From Minutocellus sp. GHC0000111 (Eukaryota): a DNA stretch of 64,000 nucleotides. A program made the translations under genes and the position numbers. The stretch is taken from contig OZ361261.1 in assembly GCA_977018835.1 (NCBI GenBank), positions 2,232,001-2,296,000 of the forward strand, in the 5' to 3' direction. Positions 1 to 11,346 of this stretch are shown here, piece after piece (position 1 is the stretch's first letter; every line of letters begins with the position of its first letter). The notes under the pieces were generated by a model. It did not search any database. It was not told the origin of the DNA and worked only from the letters and a program-made list of their open reading frames with translations.

Positions 1-1009
1 TCTTCTCTTCGGTTACATGGTCGCTGGACTATCGAATTATGAGGGCATGCCCTACGTCGATTCCTCCAAAATTGAGAGTGCTCCGCCCATCGATTTCCTT
101 TGGACTCACTGGTTCGGCCTCGGTCTTTATGGCCCAGCAGTCATTCCTTTGCTGATTGCCTACATTGTGACGACAGTGGAGACCGTCGGTGATATCACTG
201 CCACGCATGAAGTGTCGGAGCTCAATGTCAAATCCAAAGAGTACACTCGAAGGGTGCAGGGTGGATTGATGGCCGATGCCGTTTGCTCGATCCTCGCATC
301 TTTGTTTACTTCCATGCCCAACACAACGTTTTCTCAAAACAATGGTGGCATTGCCTTGACCAAGTGCGCCTCACGGAGGGCTGGTTTTGCGACTGGATTC
401 TGGCTCATTCTCATGGGCGTTTTGTCCAAAATCGCCGGCATCATCACCTCCATCCCTGACGCCGTTTTGGGTGGGATGACGATCTTCTTATTTTGCAATG
501 TCCTGGTTTCCGGTATCTCTCTTTTTGGTAGTCTGAATCTAAAGAGTCGCCGTATACGATTCATCACGGCCATGTCCTTGGCAGTTGGCGTTGGTGTCAC
601 TGTTTGGCCCTTTGCTTTCCAGGACATGCGCGCATCGTCTTACACTGCCGCCTTTTGGACTTGTGCTGATTGCAGCCCCACATTGCAGGGCTTCCGTAAT
701 GGAGTATCCATCTTCCTCTCTACCGGATATTGCATTGGCTCTGTTATTGCCATTATTTTGAATGGTATTCTTCCCGAAGATCCCGAGGAGCCCAATATCA
801 AGGAGAGCGTGCATTGGTCAATGATTGGAACCGAGTCGAATGCTTTTGACAAAAGTATCAAGCAATCCGACTCGGGTGGTTTGGAGAAAGTGAATGAGGA
901 AGACTTTGGCGACGAAAATGATGAGCCTGGTAATTCTGGTGGTTCGTCAGACGACAAATTCGTCGACAGCCCGGAAGAAGGCGTGCCAAAAGATCAAGAC
1001 TACGCTTGA
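1..1009 (+). CDS. NCS2/NAT family nucleobase (xanthine/uracil/uric acid) permease, 5'-truncated by the window edge
   Basis: Multi-pass membrane ORF with ETVGD, GGLMAD and the NAT signature QNxGxxxxTK (SQNNGGIALTK), plus IPDAVLGG and an acidic C-tail. Stop TGA at 1007-1009. Confidence 0.88.
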   Translation, partial: LLFGYMVAGLSNYEGMPYVDSSKIESAPPIDFLWTHWFGLGLYGPAVIPLLIAYIVTTVETVGDITATHEVSELNVKSKEYTRRVQGGLMADAVCSILASLFTSMPNTTFSQNNGGIALTKCASRRAGFATGFWLILMGVLSKIAGIITSIPDAVLGGMTIFLFCNVLVSGISLFGSLNLKSRRIRFITAMSLAVGVGVTVWPFAFQDMRASSYTAAFWTCADCSPTLQGFRNGVSIFLSTGYCIGSVIAIILNGILPEDPEEPNIKESVHWSMIGTESNAFDKSIKQSDSGGLEKVNEEDFGDENDEPGNSGGSSDDKFVDSPEEGVPKDQDYA

Positions 1010-1186
1010 ATTCTTTTTTCTTTCCTTTGATTGTCCCCGAATTTCTTCCGTTCTTTGTACATACGTTCTCTATTTTGTGGTGGTTCCGATTTACTGGTAT
1101 TAGTTAGGACGCAGATAAAGTTATAGTTGTGATTTTTAGAGTTGAGCAGTTTTATGCACATACATGGTCTTTTCAAAAGTTGCCAG

Positions 1187-2089
1187 CTAGCCAATGCCGT
1201 ACCCGCCATGCCTTCGCCCCTTCCCGGGCTTGACATGTTGAGGCTTCTTTGACTTTGGCGCTTTTGCCTCGGCGGTATCGAAAACTTTTGCCATTTTCTT
1301 GCCCAGACTTTTGGCTTCGGATCGGTTCAGTGTCCATGCTATGTTGTAGGGCGGCAGTTGGTATATCGGCCTGCTTTCAAAGGGATCTTCTTCTGACAAT
1401 GCTTGAGATTTGCCTTCTACCTCATCTTCCCTCTCTTCACCTCTTTCGTTATCTTCCGCATCCTCGTCCTCATCGTCAGTTGGAGGAGAAACTCCAGCCT
1501 CTATCAGACCAGGAATTTCGGAATACGCAAGACATGCGGTCGCAACTTCATCGAATGTTTGTGGTAGTCTTAAAGGAGATAAATCCACCACCAATTCGTC
1601 TTCACCGGTGCTACCCTTGTGAAGGACGATGCAGGCCTGACCTCTGGCGTCGCATAAGCTTCTATATGTGTTCAATAGCGGAGCATCCCTCCTTTGCGAT
1701 CTCCATCCAGAACCACCGATTTCCAGCATGCCCTTTCGCCTTGCCTGATCAAAAAGCTGCCGCTCGTCAGCATTGAGTCTGTGCGGCACACCTCGAGAAC
1801 CTGTTCCCTTCTTCTTTGCTGGTTTGCCCCAAGATATCCGTTCTACATCTTGCACATCCGGTCTCCAACACTTGTCTCGCGCCGTCCAGAACGTGTCAGC
1901 GGCGGGAACTGCTCGGTTTGATGCAGCAGCACTCCTGCTTTTCTTGGCAAAAAGACGCAAATTCGACGGTAGCAATCGATTAGTTTTGACAATGGCGTTG
2001 CTTCCAAAGGCAGCTACATGAAATCCTCGGACACTCGAAGCGAGTAGCGCGCTCGAAAGGAGGATGGATGCCGATACGGCGAGCCTCAT
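1187..2089 (-). CDS. Conserved-looking hypothetical protein with a bipartite plastid-targeting presequence
   Basis: ATG 2089 gives MRLAVSASILLSSALLASSVRG-FHV (signal peptide with +1 Phe), then a basic domain WGKPAKKKGTGSRGVPHRLN...LLNTYRSLCDARG. Confidence 0.7.
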   Translation of the reverse strand: MRLAVSASILLSSALLASSVRGFHVAAFGSNAIVKTNRLLPSNLRLFAKKSRSAAASNRAVPAADTFWTARDKCWRPDVQDVERISWGKPAKKKGTGSRGVPHRLNADERQLFDQARRKGMLEIGGSGWRSQRRDAPLLNTYRSLCDARGQACIVLHKGSTGEDELVVDLSPLRLPQTFDEVATACLAYSEIPGLIEAGVSPPTDDEDEDAEDNERGEEREDEVEGKSQALSEEDPFESRPIYQLPPYNIAWTLNRSEAKSLGKKMAKVFDTAEAKAPKSKKPQHVKPGKGRRHGGYGIG

Positions 2090-2309
2090 CTTATCGTTAT
2101 AATAATGACCTGACTGAGCGAGTGAGTCATCGTCAATAGTACTAGTACGTACGTAGGCTAGGAGTAGGGATGGCCTGTCCGTCGATCCGCCTGTCCTTTC
2201 GCCGAGCATGCCGAGCATCGGCGACTCGACTCACTCGGCTCGACTCCTGGACTCGGCACTTCGCGTTTTTGCGTTCGCTTCTTCCCAGATTCCCAGATCT
2301 ATTCCCACC

Positions 2310-4416
2310 ATGACGAGTAAAAGCAGCTTCTCTGCCGCCGAGGCGGCCGCACCCTCGGTGGCGTCGGCGGCACTCGCAGCGTTCGGCACGTATGTTGTGA
2401 CGGAATATCTGGAAAAGGTTCGCGAGGAAAAGGTTCGTGCCCTCCGTCGAGCGGAGCTCAACGCGGAGCGTGCCCTCTCCAAGAAGAAGCAGGAACAGAA
2501 TGGCAATCCGAAGGGCACCCTCATTCAGGATGTGCGCATCGACGAGATCTACCTATGGGAGGTTCAACACCTCGGGGAGTTCTTCCCCAGTGAGGCAGCT
2601 GGCTTGGAGAATCACATGCATGGCGTTGGGAGTTATCAGAAGTACACTGATGACTCTACTGCGGGCTACTTCAGCAAGCTATCGATGTCCACCCACTCTG
2701 CCGACGAATCTGATCCCAAGAAGACGCACTACAACAAGCTGATTGGGTCGCACGAGTGCATCCTTTCCGACCTCGTCCGCAAGCCCGGCGCTCCTGGCGT
2801 CGTTCAAAAGACAAAGGCGTACTGCCGTGCAGGGGTAAGTTATGTTGATCAACATGGTATCTATTTATTGTCCATAATCGACCTCATCTAATATTATCTC
2901 ACATCATTCTCATCTATCTCATCAATGTGATGTTCTCTTTTCTGATCTCTACTATACTTGTTTGAATCATTGACTGCATGCGATCGTATTACAAAAGCCC
3001 CGCCGTGAGATGCATTTCAATCCCAAGAATGTCAATGCAGCCATTGTTACGTGTGGTATGTGATTCTAGTCTCTTTGTTTATGTCGTAACATTCGTGTGG
3101 TGCATCCTCCTTCATGTTATTATATCATTTGTCCACTCGCAGTTCGTCTAACCACTACATAAATCCCCTTCCTCATCTCTTCCTCTCCAGGTGGTCTCTG
3201 CCCAGGCCTCAACAATGTGGTTAGAGAAAACACGAACGCTCTTGTCCATCTTTATGGCATCGGAGGGAAGATCTATGGCATCCGTGGCGGTTATAATGGC
3301 TTTGTGGACGAGGTTCAGTATCCTCCGATTGAGCTAACGCCTGAAGTTGTGGAAGATATCCATCATAGAGGTGGAACCATCTTGAGTTCGTCAAGAGGAG
3401 GCTTTGATCTTGAAAAGATTCTGGCCTTCTTGAAGAAGCGCAAGATCAATCAGCTGTTCGTGATAGGAGGAGACGGCACCCATCGTGGCGCCTTCCGGAT
3501 CCACGAGGGATGTATGGAAGCTGGAATGAATGTGGCAGTTGCTGGAATTCCTAAAACCATTGATGTGCGTCGGCGCTGTCTGTTTGGTGTTGTTGTTCTG
3601 TTTGGTGTTGTTCCACGTGGTCTGCTTACTTATTACAACTTCATGTCTTTTCGTCCTTCCTTCATGTAGAATGATATTGACTATATTGACCGATCGTTTG
3701 GGTTTGCATCAAGTGTTGAGGCCGCTCAAGATGCCATTCGAAGCGCCAAAACGGAGGCGACGTGCAATCGTCCCAATGGCATTGGTATCGTGAAGCTGAT
3801 GGGCCGGTCGGCGGGCTTCATTGCTGTTCACGCAACCCTCGGATCGGGAGATGTTGATCTATGTCTTGTGCCTGAAGTAGACATTGTCTTGGATGGGCCC
3901 GATGGTTGTCTCCCCTTTTTGCGCCGTCGTGTCAAGAATCAGGGATATGCCGTCGTTGTCGTTGCCGAGGGTGCAGGTGAGGAGCTCATGGGCACTTCCG
4001 CAGAAGTGGATGCAAGTGGTAACAAGAAGTTGCCCAAGATTGGCGAATTTATGAAGGAACAGATCGATAAGCACTTCAAGGAGCAGGGCGAAGTGGCCAC
4101 TGTAAAATACATCGATCCAAGCTACATGATCAGGTCAGTTCCAGCAAACGCTTCCGACTCTCTGTACTGCATGCAGCTGGCCCAGAATGCTGTTCACGGC
4201 GCCATGGCTGGATTTACCGGGTTCAGCGTTGGTTTGTGCAATAACAAGATGGTTTTTCTACCAATCCCAGAGCTGGTGGAAACATCTCCTCGTTCGATGA
4301 ATCCTCGTGGTAGGACGTGGGAGCGAGTGCTTGCTAGGACTCGCCAACCGAACACAGTCCCTCCTCTCAAGCCGGGTGAACAGGAGGTTGACTCACACGC
4401 TCCGATGCTGAGGTGA
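2310..4416 (+). CDS. PFK: ATP-dependent 6-phosphofructokinase (plant/protist type), 4 exons
   Basis: Exons 2310-2834, 2998-3055, 3191-3564 and 3670-4416 are joined by GT-AG introns. Splicing restores RAGPRR, AAIVTCGGLCPGLN, GGDG, PKTIDND, KLMGR and YIDPSYMIRS. GGDG rather than GGDD indicates the ATP type. Confidence 0.93.
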
Positions 4417-4601
4417 TCTCATTTATTTTGTTCCCTTTGTTCATATCTTTCTGTTGGATGGATATAGTATATATTTGCCTTTGATAGTAAACAATTGAAC
4501 TACTCGATACTCGATATGCGAAAGCCACTTAATTTGATTAGGAACTTCCTACCCAAGTACTTAGCTACGTAGTTTTTCTACCTAATAGCACGCAGCTAGA
4601 G

Positions 4602-6353
4602 TTAGAGTGAACTAGCATTGCTCAGTCCGCTCAAGCGATGCTTGGGACCTTCCTTCCATATATCAGCAAAGGTAACAACAAGGGCAGTGATGTCATCCCG
4701 ATATTCACCCTCGATATCGTGCCACTTGCCTGCCGCCTCCTCGATGAGGCATTGACAGGCGCGGCTTGCGCCTTCTCCAGCATCCAAATGCCTTGCCACA
4801 ATGTCCACCGCTTCCTCCGATGTGATGAACTCCCAAACGCCGTCCGTCGCAATAATCATGAATTCGTCCTCATCTGTGAGCTCGTGAGAGGTCACCTCCG
4901 GCTCAGCAATGACCCCGACAGGCTTTACTGCATGATCGCCGATTGAACGGCCCATGGCAAGGCCGATTTGAGTGTACTCCGGATCCAACCATACCCGCGC
5001 ACTAAGGCCAGGCTCTGGTGGAGGCGACACGAAGCCACCAGCCGCCTCGATGCGTTCCTGCTCACCTGGGCTGTCGGGGTTCTGATCCACACTCAAATCC
5101 ATCGTAAGTCGCATATTCTTACCCCCGCCGGTCCTTCGGCGGGACAGGACTGCACGCGAATCTCCGGCATTGGCAATTGTCAGCGTCTTCTCCCTAAGCA
5201 GGACCACGTTGGCGGTGGCACCAGCGTACAGAGGTTCAATCTCGGGAATCGTGGACAAATCTTGATCGACCTCAATGAAGGTATCGCGAAAGGCCTGGGC
5301 AATGTCCGATGAGAACTTGGGGTGGATCTCGAGCCGCCTTTGCACCTCGTGCAAGGCGTACTGCGCCACGTGCTCTCCTCCATCACCATGACCGTCGTAC
5401 GCAGCAAACAATGCCGTGCGGGGACAGTTTCCGTAGGGAAAGGCAACGCCGCCGCGATCCTGGTTAATCTTGGCCACAGTGTTATCTCCTGCAGTCTTGG
5501 CGGCGCCCTTGACGTCGTCGTCGGACTCCTCGTCACGCTGGGCCTTCGTCTTGCCGGAGGGATAGATCTCCTCCTCGTCCTCTTCGTCGTGCTCGTAATC
5601 CGAATCGTACAGAGGCTCGACGCCATGGCAACTGTACGTACCGACGATATGACGGGGAAAAGGCAGGAGCGATTCATCCTCCTTGATGGAATGCCGAATG
5701 AACCGCCTCTTGCGCCAGGCGGGCACTTCCTTCCTCTTCTTCACTGTGGAGGGCTTGCCGCCGATAAGAACTTCCTCCGTCTCGAACTGATCCTCGCCCG
5801 CCTCGGCTTCGGCGTGTTCGTTCTCTGCCAGGCGATGGGCGGCGCACTCCACGTTGTGATGATCGTACAGCCGGTGCTCCGCCTCTTTCCGCATCTCGTG
5901 CGGCGGGGCCGTGGCGTGCATAATCTTGGGCTCGAGGCGTCGTCGCTTCTTCTTCGGTGAGGAGGTTGGCGTCGACACGGCCGAAGACGACTCCTTGGCA
6001 GCGTCGTCTGGCTTTTGGGGCGCCGCCGCGTCGTTATCTTCCTTCTCTTCCTCGTCGTCATTGTCACTTAGATCACCGGCCAGAGCAGCAGCGGCGGCAG
6101 CAGCGGCACCGCCCAGGTGATGCCTGGTGTAGGTCAACCGGCGCTGCCGGAAGGTGTGCGACCGTTCGTCATCTCTGGAAGCCTTGCTCTCAATTTCGGC
6201 CTCGTCGTCGCCATCGCCGTCGTCGTCAAAGTGCAGCCCTTGGGCCGTCACGCCGGGAGATGCCGCCGCGGCCAAATCGTCGACGCGATCATCAGTGGTG
6301 GGCGAAGGGTCGGCGGCGGCCGCGTTCGCGGTGCTCTCGGTATCCGACGTCAT
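4602..6353 (-). CDS. PP2C/PPM family Ser/Thr protein phosphatase with an acidic low-complexity N-terminus
   Basis: KINQD, YDGHG, ANAGDSRAVL, GLAMGRSIGD, IATDGVWEF and DDIT motifs. Intronless ORF of 583 aa. Confidence 0.93.
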   Translation of the reverse strand: MTSDTESTANAAAADPSPTTDDRVDDLAAAASPGVTAQGLHFDDDGDGDDEAEIESKASRDDERSHTFRQRRLTYTRHHLGGAAAAAAAALAGDLSDNDDEEEKEDNDAAAPQKPDDAAKESSSAVSTPTSSPKKKRRRLEPKIMHATAPPHEMRKEAEHRLYDHHNVECAAHRLAENEHAEAEAGEDQFETEEVLIGGKPSTVKKRKEVPAWRKRRFIRHSIKEDESLLPFPRHIVGTYSCHGVEPLYDSDYEHDEEDEEEIYPSGKTKAQRDEESDDDVKGAAKTAGDNTVAKINQDRGGVAFPYGNCPRTALFAAYDGHGDGGEHVAQYALHEVQRRLEIHPKFSSDIAQAFRDTFIEVDQDLSTIPEIEPLYAGATANVVLLREKTLTIANAGDSRAVLSRRRTGGGKNMRLTMDLSVDQNPDSPGEQERIEAAGGFVSPPPEPGLSARVWLDPEYTQIGLAMGRSIGDHAVKPVGVIAEPEVTSHELTDEDEFMIIATDGVWEFITSEEAVDIVARHLDAGEGASRACQCLIEEAAGKWHDIEGEYRDDITALVVTFADIWKEGPKHRLSGLSNASSL

Positions 6354-6514
6354 CTTGGAACAGAAGTGTGTGGCGGAAATCGAAAAGCGCCTGCCTGATG
6401 CGGTGATGACTCCTCTAATTTACGAGTTGAGGATGCTGTACCCAGAAACTTCGATTGAGGAGTGGAAATCAGCCACAAGAGAACAGATACTAGGCCTACG
6501 TACCTAGGTACATG

Positions 6515-7754
6515 TAGAGTGATTCCACGAGACCGCCGACAAAATCGCCGTAAATAATAAGGCACTAGGAAATTTTTTTGTGCGATACTTTATGCAGCGC
6601 AAAAATGAACCCACTAAATGGCCTCTCTCAACACGGCGAAAGCAAGGAGAATTCAGCTCCACAAGAAGGCCACCAAATGATGGTATTACGATAAATAACT
6701 CCAAGCCAACCGATGTATACGCCAACTACATGCGTTAGGTGAGTATTGCATACTTGAAAGCAAACTCATTCGTACATCATGTGCTATTTTAGCAACATCT
6801 CCTCATGCCCAGAAATTTTCAATATTTTTTTACCCTCAAAATGGCAAAGAATGATGGCTGATGCTTGTCTACATCCATTTCAATCCTCCCTGACCGGCAT
6901 TACTTTCACTTGGGTAATATTGGGAGCAAGTTTGCGCCAGAGGGTCGATATTGGGCCCCATCTTTGTATCATTGTGGCCGTCACCATGGAAAGCAAAAAC
7001 ATCTGAAAGTAGCAAATCCCCAACTACAACCCCCTTCAAGCCTCAACCACTGTTCCTTCACGCAATATCAGCACGCACGATGCTCATTCTATATTACATC
7101 CATCGATCTCACATGTTGGTTTGGCCGCTTTCTCCGGTTTCGTTCCTCTCGGGCGGCAGGAGCAATGAAGGTGAAATCTGGTGCCGACATCAGACACGGG
7201 ACTTTGGGAATAGTTTTCTCTATGAATTGTCAAGAAATGCCACCACCCCCCACTCAAATGCGCTTGGTATATATATGGGTGAAGCGTCGACGGCTCAGTG
7301 CAACGGAAGTGGTGCATGGACCGCATAAAAGCATCCGGACCAACTTTCGGATGGGTGGTGTAATGGGGGTGGTAATGGCGCTGGGCCACATTTCGCGGTA
7401 CAGGCACGCACCGACGCACCGCTATCGCCCAAAAATCCCTTCCAACGTCGGAAACTGTCGAAAAAATCGGGTCTAACTCGAACGAATTTTTCAAGGCTCA
7501 AAAAAGTAATTGCAAGTCTCCTGCTGCACCACAGTGTTGTGAAAGGCTATTACAAGGGTATGGTGCCCCGTAGTCTTGATTGTTCTCAATGGGAGGCACG
7601 TCGGCGACACATGTTGTGGCCCCATTCGTTGAACGAAATGGGTTTTGTTTCGTTATAAAGTTTGATGTATTTTTTCTTTCTTGAAACAGCACAAGTGTAT
7701 TCTACGACATAAAAATAAATTTTCAAACAATAGTGTACCAAAAGAAACACTCTA
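6515..7754. mobile_element. Possible non-autonomous DNA transposon remnant (1.2-kb non-coding insert)
   Basis: Unusually long non-coding interval bounded by a short imperfect inverted repeat (TAGAGTGaTTC at 6515; GAAaCACTCTA ending 7754). ATCATGTGCTA occurs near both ends. No convincing ORF or long TSD. Confidence 0.25.
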
Positions 7755-7793
7755 ATACCGTATCTATATCATGTGCTAAAAGAGCACCAAGAT

Positions 7794-7880
7794 CATTGTA
7801 CCAACTTCCTTTTATTGTTGATTATGGTCTACAATACCCTTCTGAGTAAGGATCATCAATAAAAGGAAGTTGGTACAATG
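7794..7880. repeat. Perfect 24-bp inverted repeat (hairpin or tiny MITE-like)
   Basis: CATTGTACCAACTTCCTTTTATTG (7794-7817) is the exact reverse complement of CAATAAAAGGAAGTTGGTACAATG (7857-7880). It extends to 29 bp with one mismatch. Confidence 0.9.
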
Positions 7881-8131
7881 TTTACGAAACATCGCGGAGG
7901 GGGTGTCTGCTCTCTCGTGAAATCACTCTGTAGTAGATTTGCCTTCATGCACTCGGTACGGGCACAGGCAGTGCAGGGAGAGAGCATGTCCATTGCTGAA
8001 GCCAATGATGCTGTGTTATTATCAGAGAGACAATGCAAATCTCCAACAGTGTTGCGACTTATATAGGTCTCTAGACCTACATCATGTACATTCTTCAATC
8101 AATCGCCGGTAGATTCTCAATCAACAACAAT

Positions 8132-9791
8132 TTATTCTTTATTTCCATAAAGCGAATCGTATACTATCGGAGCGAACGTCTTCATGACAATCGTCGTCAG
8201 ACAAACATGAGCCAGTCTGGCTTCAAAGCCGTTCATGTAGCTCTTGGCCAATCCGCCCCACCCCTTCTCTTCAAGCTCGGCCTGGAACATGTCCCAAGCA
8301 CTCACAGCTTCGCCCGCCTTCTTTGCATCTTGAGACTTGGCAACCAACACATCCAGAGGGAGCGTGCTGATTGTGCTCAGAGTACCTCCCATGAGACTTG
8401 CCACCACCTTCTCCCCTGTCGTAAGGGTACCCGTTGTGCTGAACTTGACCAGAAGAGCCTCGAACATGTCCGAGAAGATGAAGCGGGTGCCCCAATCTAC
8501 GGTAGGACAGAGTTTTTATACATGAGAAGGAGAAGTAAATTGAACGTTAGGGCCTGGCATAGATAAATATCGAGAAACAAAGATACGTAGAAAAAATACA
8601 GACAGCCCAACCCGCCGTTTTACGCAAAGGACTCACCAAGAGCACGTTTCAGCGCAAACACGTTGGAACCCTTCATCAGTGCGAGGAGACCCTCATCTCG
8701 GACGACATCGCAGCCAATGGTCAAGGAGAGCCACGTCGTTTTGATGAAGTTCATGTTTTCACGGAACACATCGTTGGTCATAACTCGCGTCTTGAGAAGG
8801 AGCGTTGGGCTCAGCACGTATCCCTGAAAGAGACCCCCAAAGGCTCCGGCGAGGCAAAGGGCCACAATCAAGGGCATTTTACCATCCTCCGCCAGAGGTT
8901 TGAGGAATCCTGTCGCGGCGGCGTGCGCAAGTCCGAAAACCCCACCCTTTAGAATACTCTGCACGACGCCCCATGGAACAAAACCATCCCAGACACCGAC
9001 AAAACCCTTCTCCCCTGTGATGCTCTTCATAACGTCTCTGTATGACGTGCCCTCGGGAGACGTTTGCATGACTGTATACATACGAGGTATGTGCGATGGG
9101 GGCAGCAAATGTTGAAAAGGGATTAGCCACCGAGAGCGCAATCAGATCAAGAGATACAGTGCCATCCAATAAACTACAATCTTTCTGCATCATACTCACC
9201 AATCTTCACGAACTCAAGCAAGTGGCCCAAAACGAACTCATAAGAAATGGTCACAAGGGCGGCAACAAAGAGACGGCGCGTGAGTTCAGCCGGATCCTTT
9301 GCGGCAGCAGCAGCACCACCCCGAATGGAGATGGCGGCATCCAGCGCCGGCTTCTTGTTGGTCTTTTGGGATTTGCGCTCCTTTAGCGAGAAGGCAGGAC
9401 CAGCCATCCGAGGTTGTTGCCTCACATTGTGGGTACCACTACCACCACTGCGACTTGCGTTTGGTACAAACAAGGGAGAGGGTGAGGACGCGCCGCTGGT
9501 CGCCCTCTTTCTACGAAGCGAAGCGTTGGAAAGCATCGAGCTATGCCCATCGTCATCGTCATCTTCTCCATCATCATTGTCGTCGTCGTCGTCACATTCA
9601 TCCTGATCGGTAAGGAAGCTGCACTCCGACATCGAAACGAAGGCCCCTCCTCCAATTGACAGAGTACATTCGAGGTCAAAGGAGAGGTGGTGGCCACTAC
9701 CGCCTGAGGGAGCAGAACTAGCTGAAGCTGCAATAGCTGATAGAAGAACGGCCAGCAGGGCAATCATGGGTGGCACCTGTATCCGCGGCAT
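8132..9791 (-). CDS. Mitochondrial carrier (SLC25) family protein, YHM2/citrate-oxoglutarate-like, with a signal-peptide N-extension; 3 exons
   Basis: Introns 9072-9199 and 8497-8636 (GTGAGT...AG) give GHLLEFVKI|VMQT, SPTLLLKTRVM, ALD|WGTRF and LPLDVLVAKSQ, i.e. three carrier repeats. N-terminus MIALLAVLLSAIAASASS. Confidence 0.85.
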
Positions 9792-10246
9792 CGTGTGGCA
9801 ATTGGCGCGTGGTTTATTTCAATACGAGCGCTATAATAACTGCAATTGCATGAGCTGGATGGGTTGAACGGGTTGAAATCAAATCGCGCAACTGACGTTG
9901 TGACGGACGCAGACAGACGTACCACCAGCCAGGGACGACGCGACGAGAGAGGAAAAGGAGAGAAGACGCGAGAAGAGATGGATGATGGTGGAATCTTGCT
10001 CATGGTACATAGATCTTGATCTCGAGGTTATTGTGTAAGTATTATGTATTTGAATAGATAATAGAGAGCTGTACGATTGCCTTGTGGTTTGTGTAATCTT
10101 GAAGAGCGCTTCAAAAAGTCTAATCAGTGAATGTTGTTGATCGATCATCATCAGGCAGAGGATCAAGGGGCAGCACTCTTGAAATAACGCACAGTTATTT
10201 CAACAAATGATACCATCGTATTCACTCTCACATCACAAAACATTTC

Positions 10247-11048
10247 CTACTTTTCCTCCTCCTTTTGGTCCTTCTTGTTCAGTGCGTCATCAGATGCCTT
10301 CAAAAATGCTTTGAGTGCCTTGGTGGTGCTCCCGAGAGAAGCCAGGACGGTAATGCGAGCGTCGCCTGCCATGCTGGGCTCCTGTGCTATCTTGGCAACC
10401 TCATTGGCAGCTCCTAGGGGTGCCACAACAGTCAAGGCCAGCGCTTCCACCAACCCCCCGTCGATCTTGGCCTGCCTAGCCGCCGCTTCAACAGTCGCAT
10501 CCAAATTGACAAAGCGAGTGAGAAAGACCCGAAAGGCCTGCTCAGCAAGATATGTATCTTTGCTATCCTCTGGGAGCTGATCCAACAGAGCATATCCTCG
10601 CAATCGCAGCTGTGATTCTGATATGGAGCCACCCCGAAGTTCTTGATAGGTCATCGAATTTACCATCCAACACATAACTATCGAGAGATTCCAGAGACCG
10701 TTATGCATCGCGAAGCAAGGGCAGGAGATCGTCCGGGTCCTGGGGGAGCTCGCTCTCCTTCTTCAGATACAACTCTCCAGTTTCCCAGAATGATCCTTTT
10801 AGGTTGAGTGGGTTGTAAATAGCATTGGCCCTTTGTGGCGATGATGTGGTGAGCATGGCGGCAACTGCAGATGCTGGGAGCAATGCGTTGGCGGACGCCT
10901 TTGCAAACATTCGTCTGGTCAGGCCGCGCTTCTCTGGCTGCAACGATGTTACTGGTGATAGGGGCGAGACCAAAAGCAGGCAGCTGCACATGAGACACCT
11001 GCTCTCGCGCCCTGTGCGTCGGCGGCGGGAGTAGGTTACCTCCATCAT
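10247..11048 (-). CDS. Putative thylakoid-lumen protein, disrupted in this sequence (in-frame TAA plus a frameshift)
   Basis: Signal-like stretch, twin-Arg LTRRMF and AxA site (QRANA). TAA at 10701-10703 is followed in frame by RSLESLDSYVLDGKFDDLS, then a frameshift near 10642 into ELRGGSISESQLRLRG. Confidence 0.65.
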
Positions 11049-11235
11049 GGTCATCAGTGGTTCGTCGTCGGTCGCTTGTTCGAGCAATGACCGATGACGA
11101 TACGAGGGGCCATCGGCAGATGTGCATCGCTGACGCATTATTTGAAAGACACCTGGAGAAAGGGCATGGCGGCGGTTTGCGCCATGCAGATTTCGACCCA
11201 TTCCAGACGATGGAAGTCCATTAGTTTGCGCAGTC

Positions 11236-11321
11236 AATATCGACCATTCCGTCGTTAGTAGTCAATAAGCTTGCGCCAAATATCGACTATTCGTCCCGAC
11301 GTCGGTAGTCAATAAGCTTGC
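11236..11321. repeat. Imperfect ~40-bp tandem duplication in a divergent promoter
   Basis: AATATCGAC...GTAGTCAATAAGCTTGC at 11236-11274 and again at 11279-11321. Confidence 0.75.
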
Positions 11322-11346
11322 CTATAATATAACGTCGCCGAATACG

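Noticed and set aside
6865..7494. ORFs inside the 6.5-7.8 kb insert as a transposase or TnpB/Fanzor
   Set aside because: No DDE, RuvC, HUH or zinc-finger motifs are recognisable.
6507..7762. hAT element suggested by TAGAG termini
   Set aside because: The flanking 8-mers (GGTACATG and ATACCGTA) do not match, so there is no 8-bp TSD.
11236..11321. CRISPR-like repeat-spacer array
   Set aside because: Only two imperfect units, a eukaryotic context and no cas genes.
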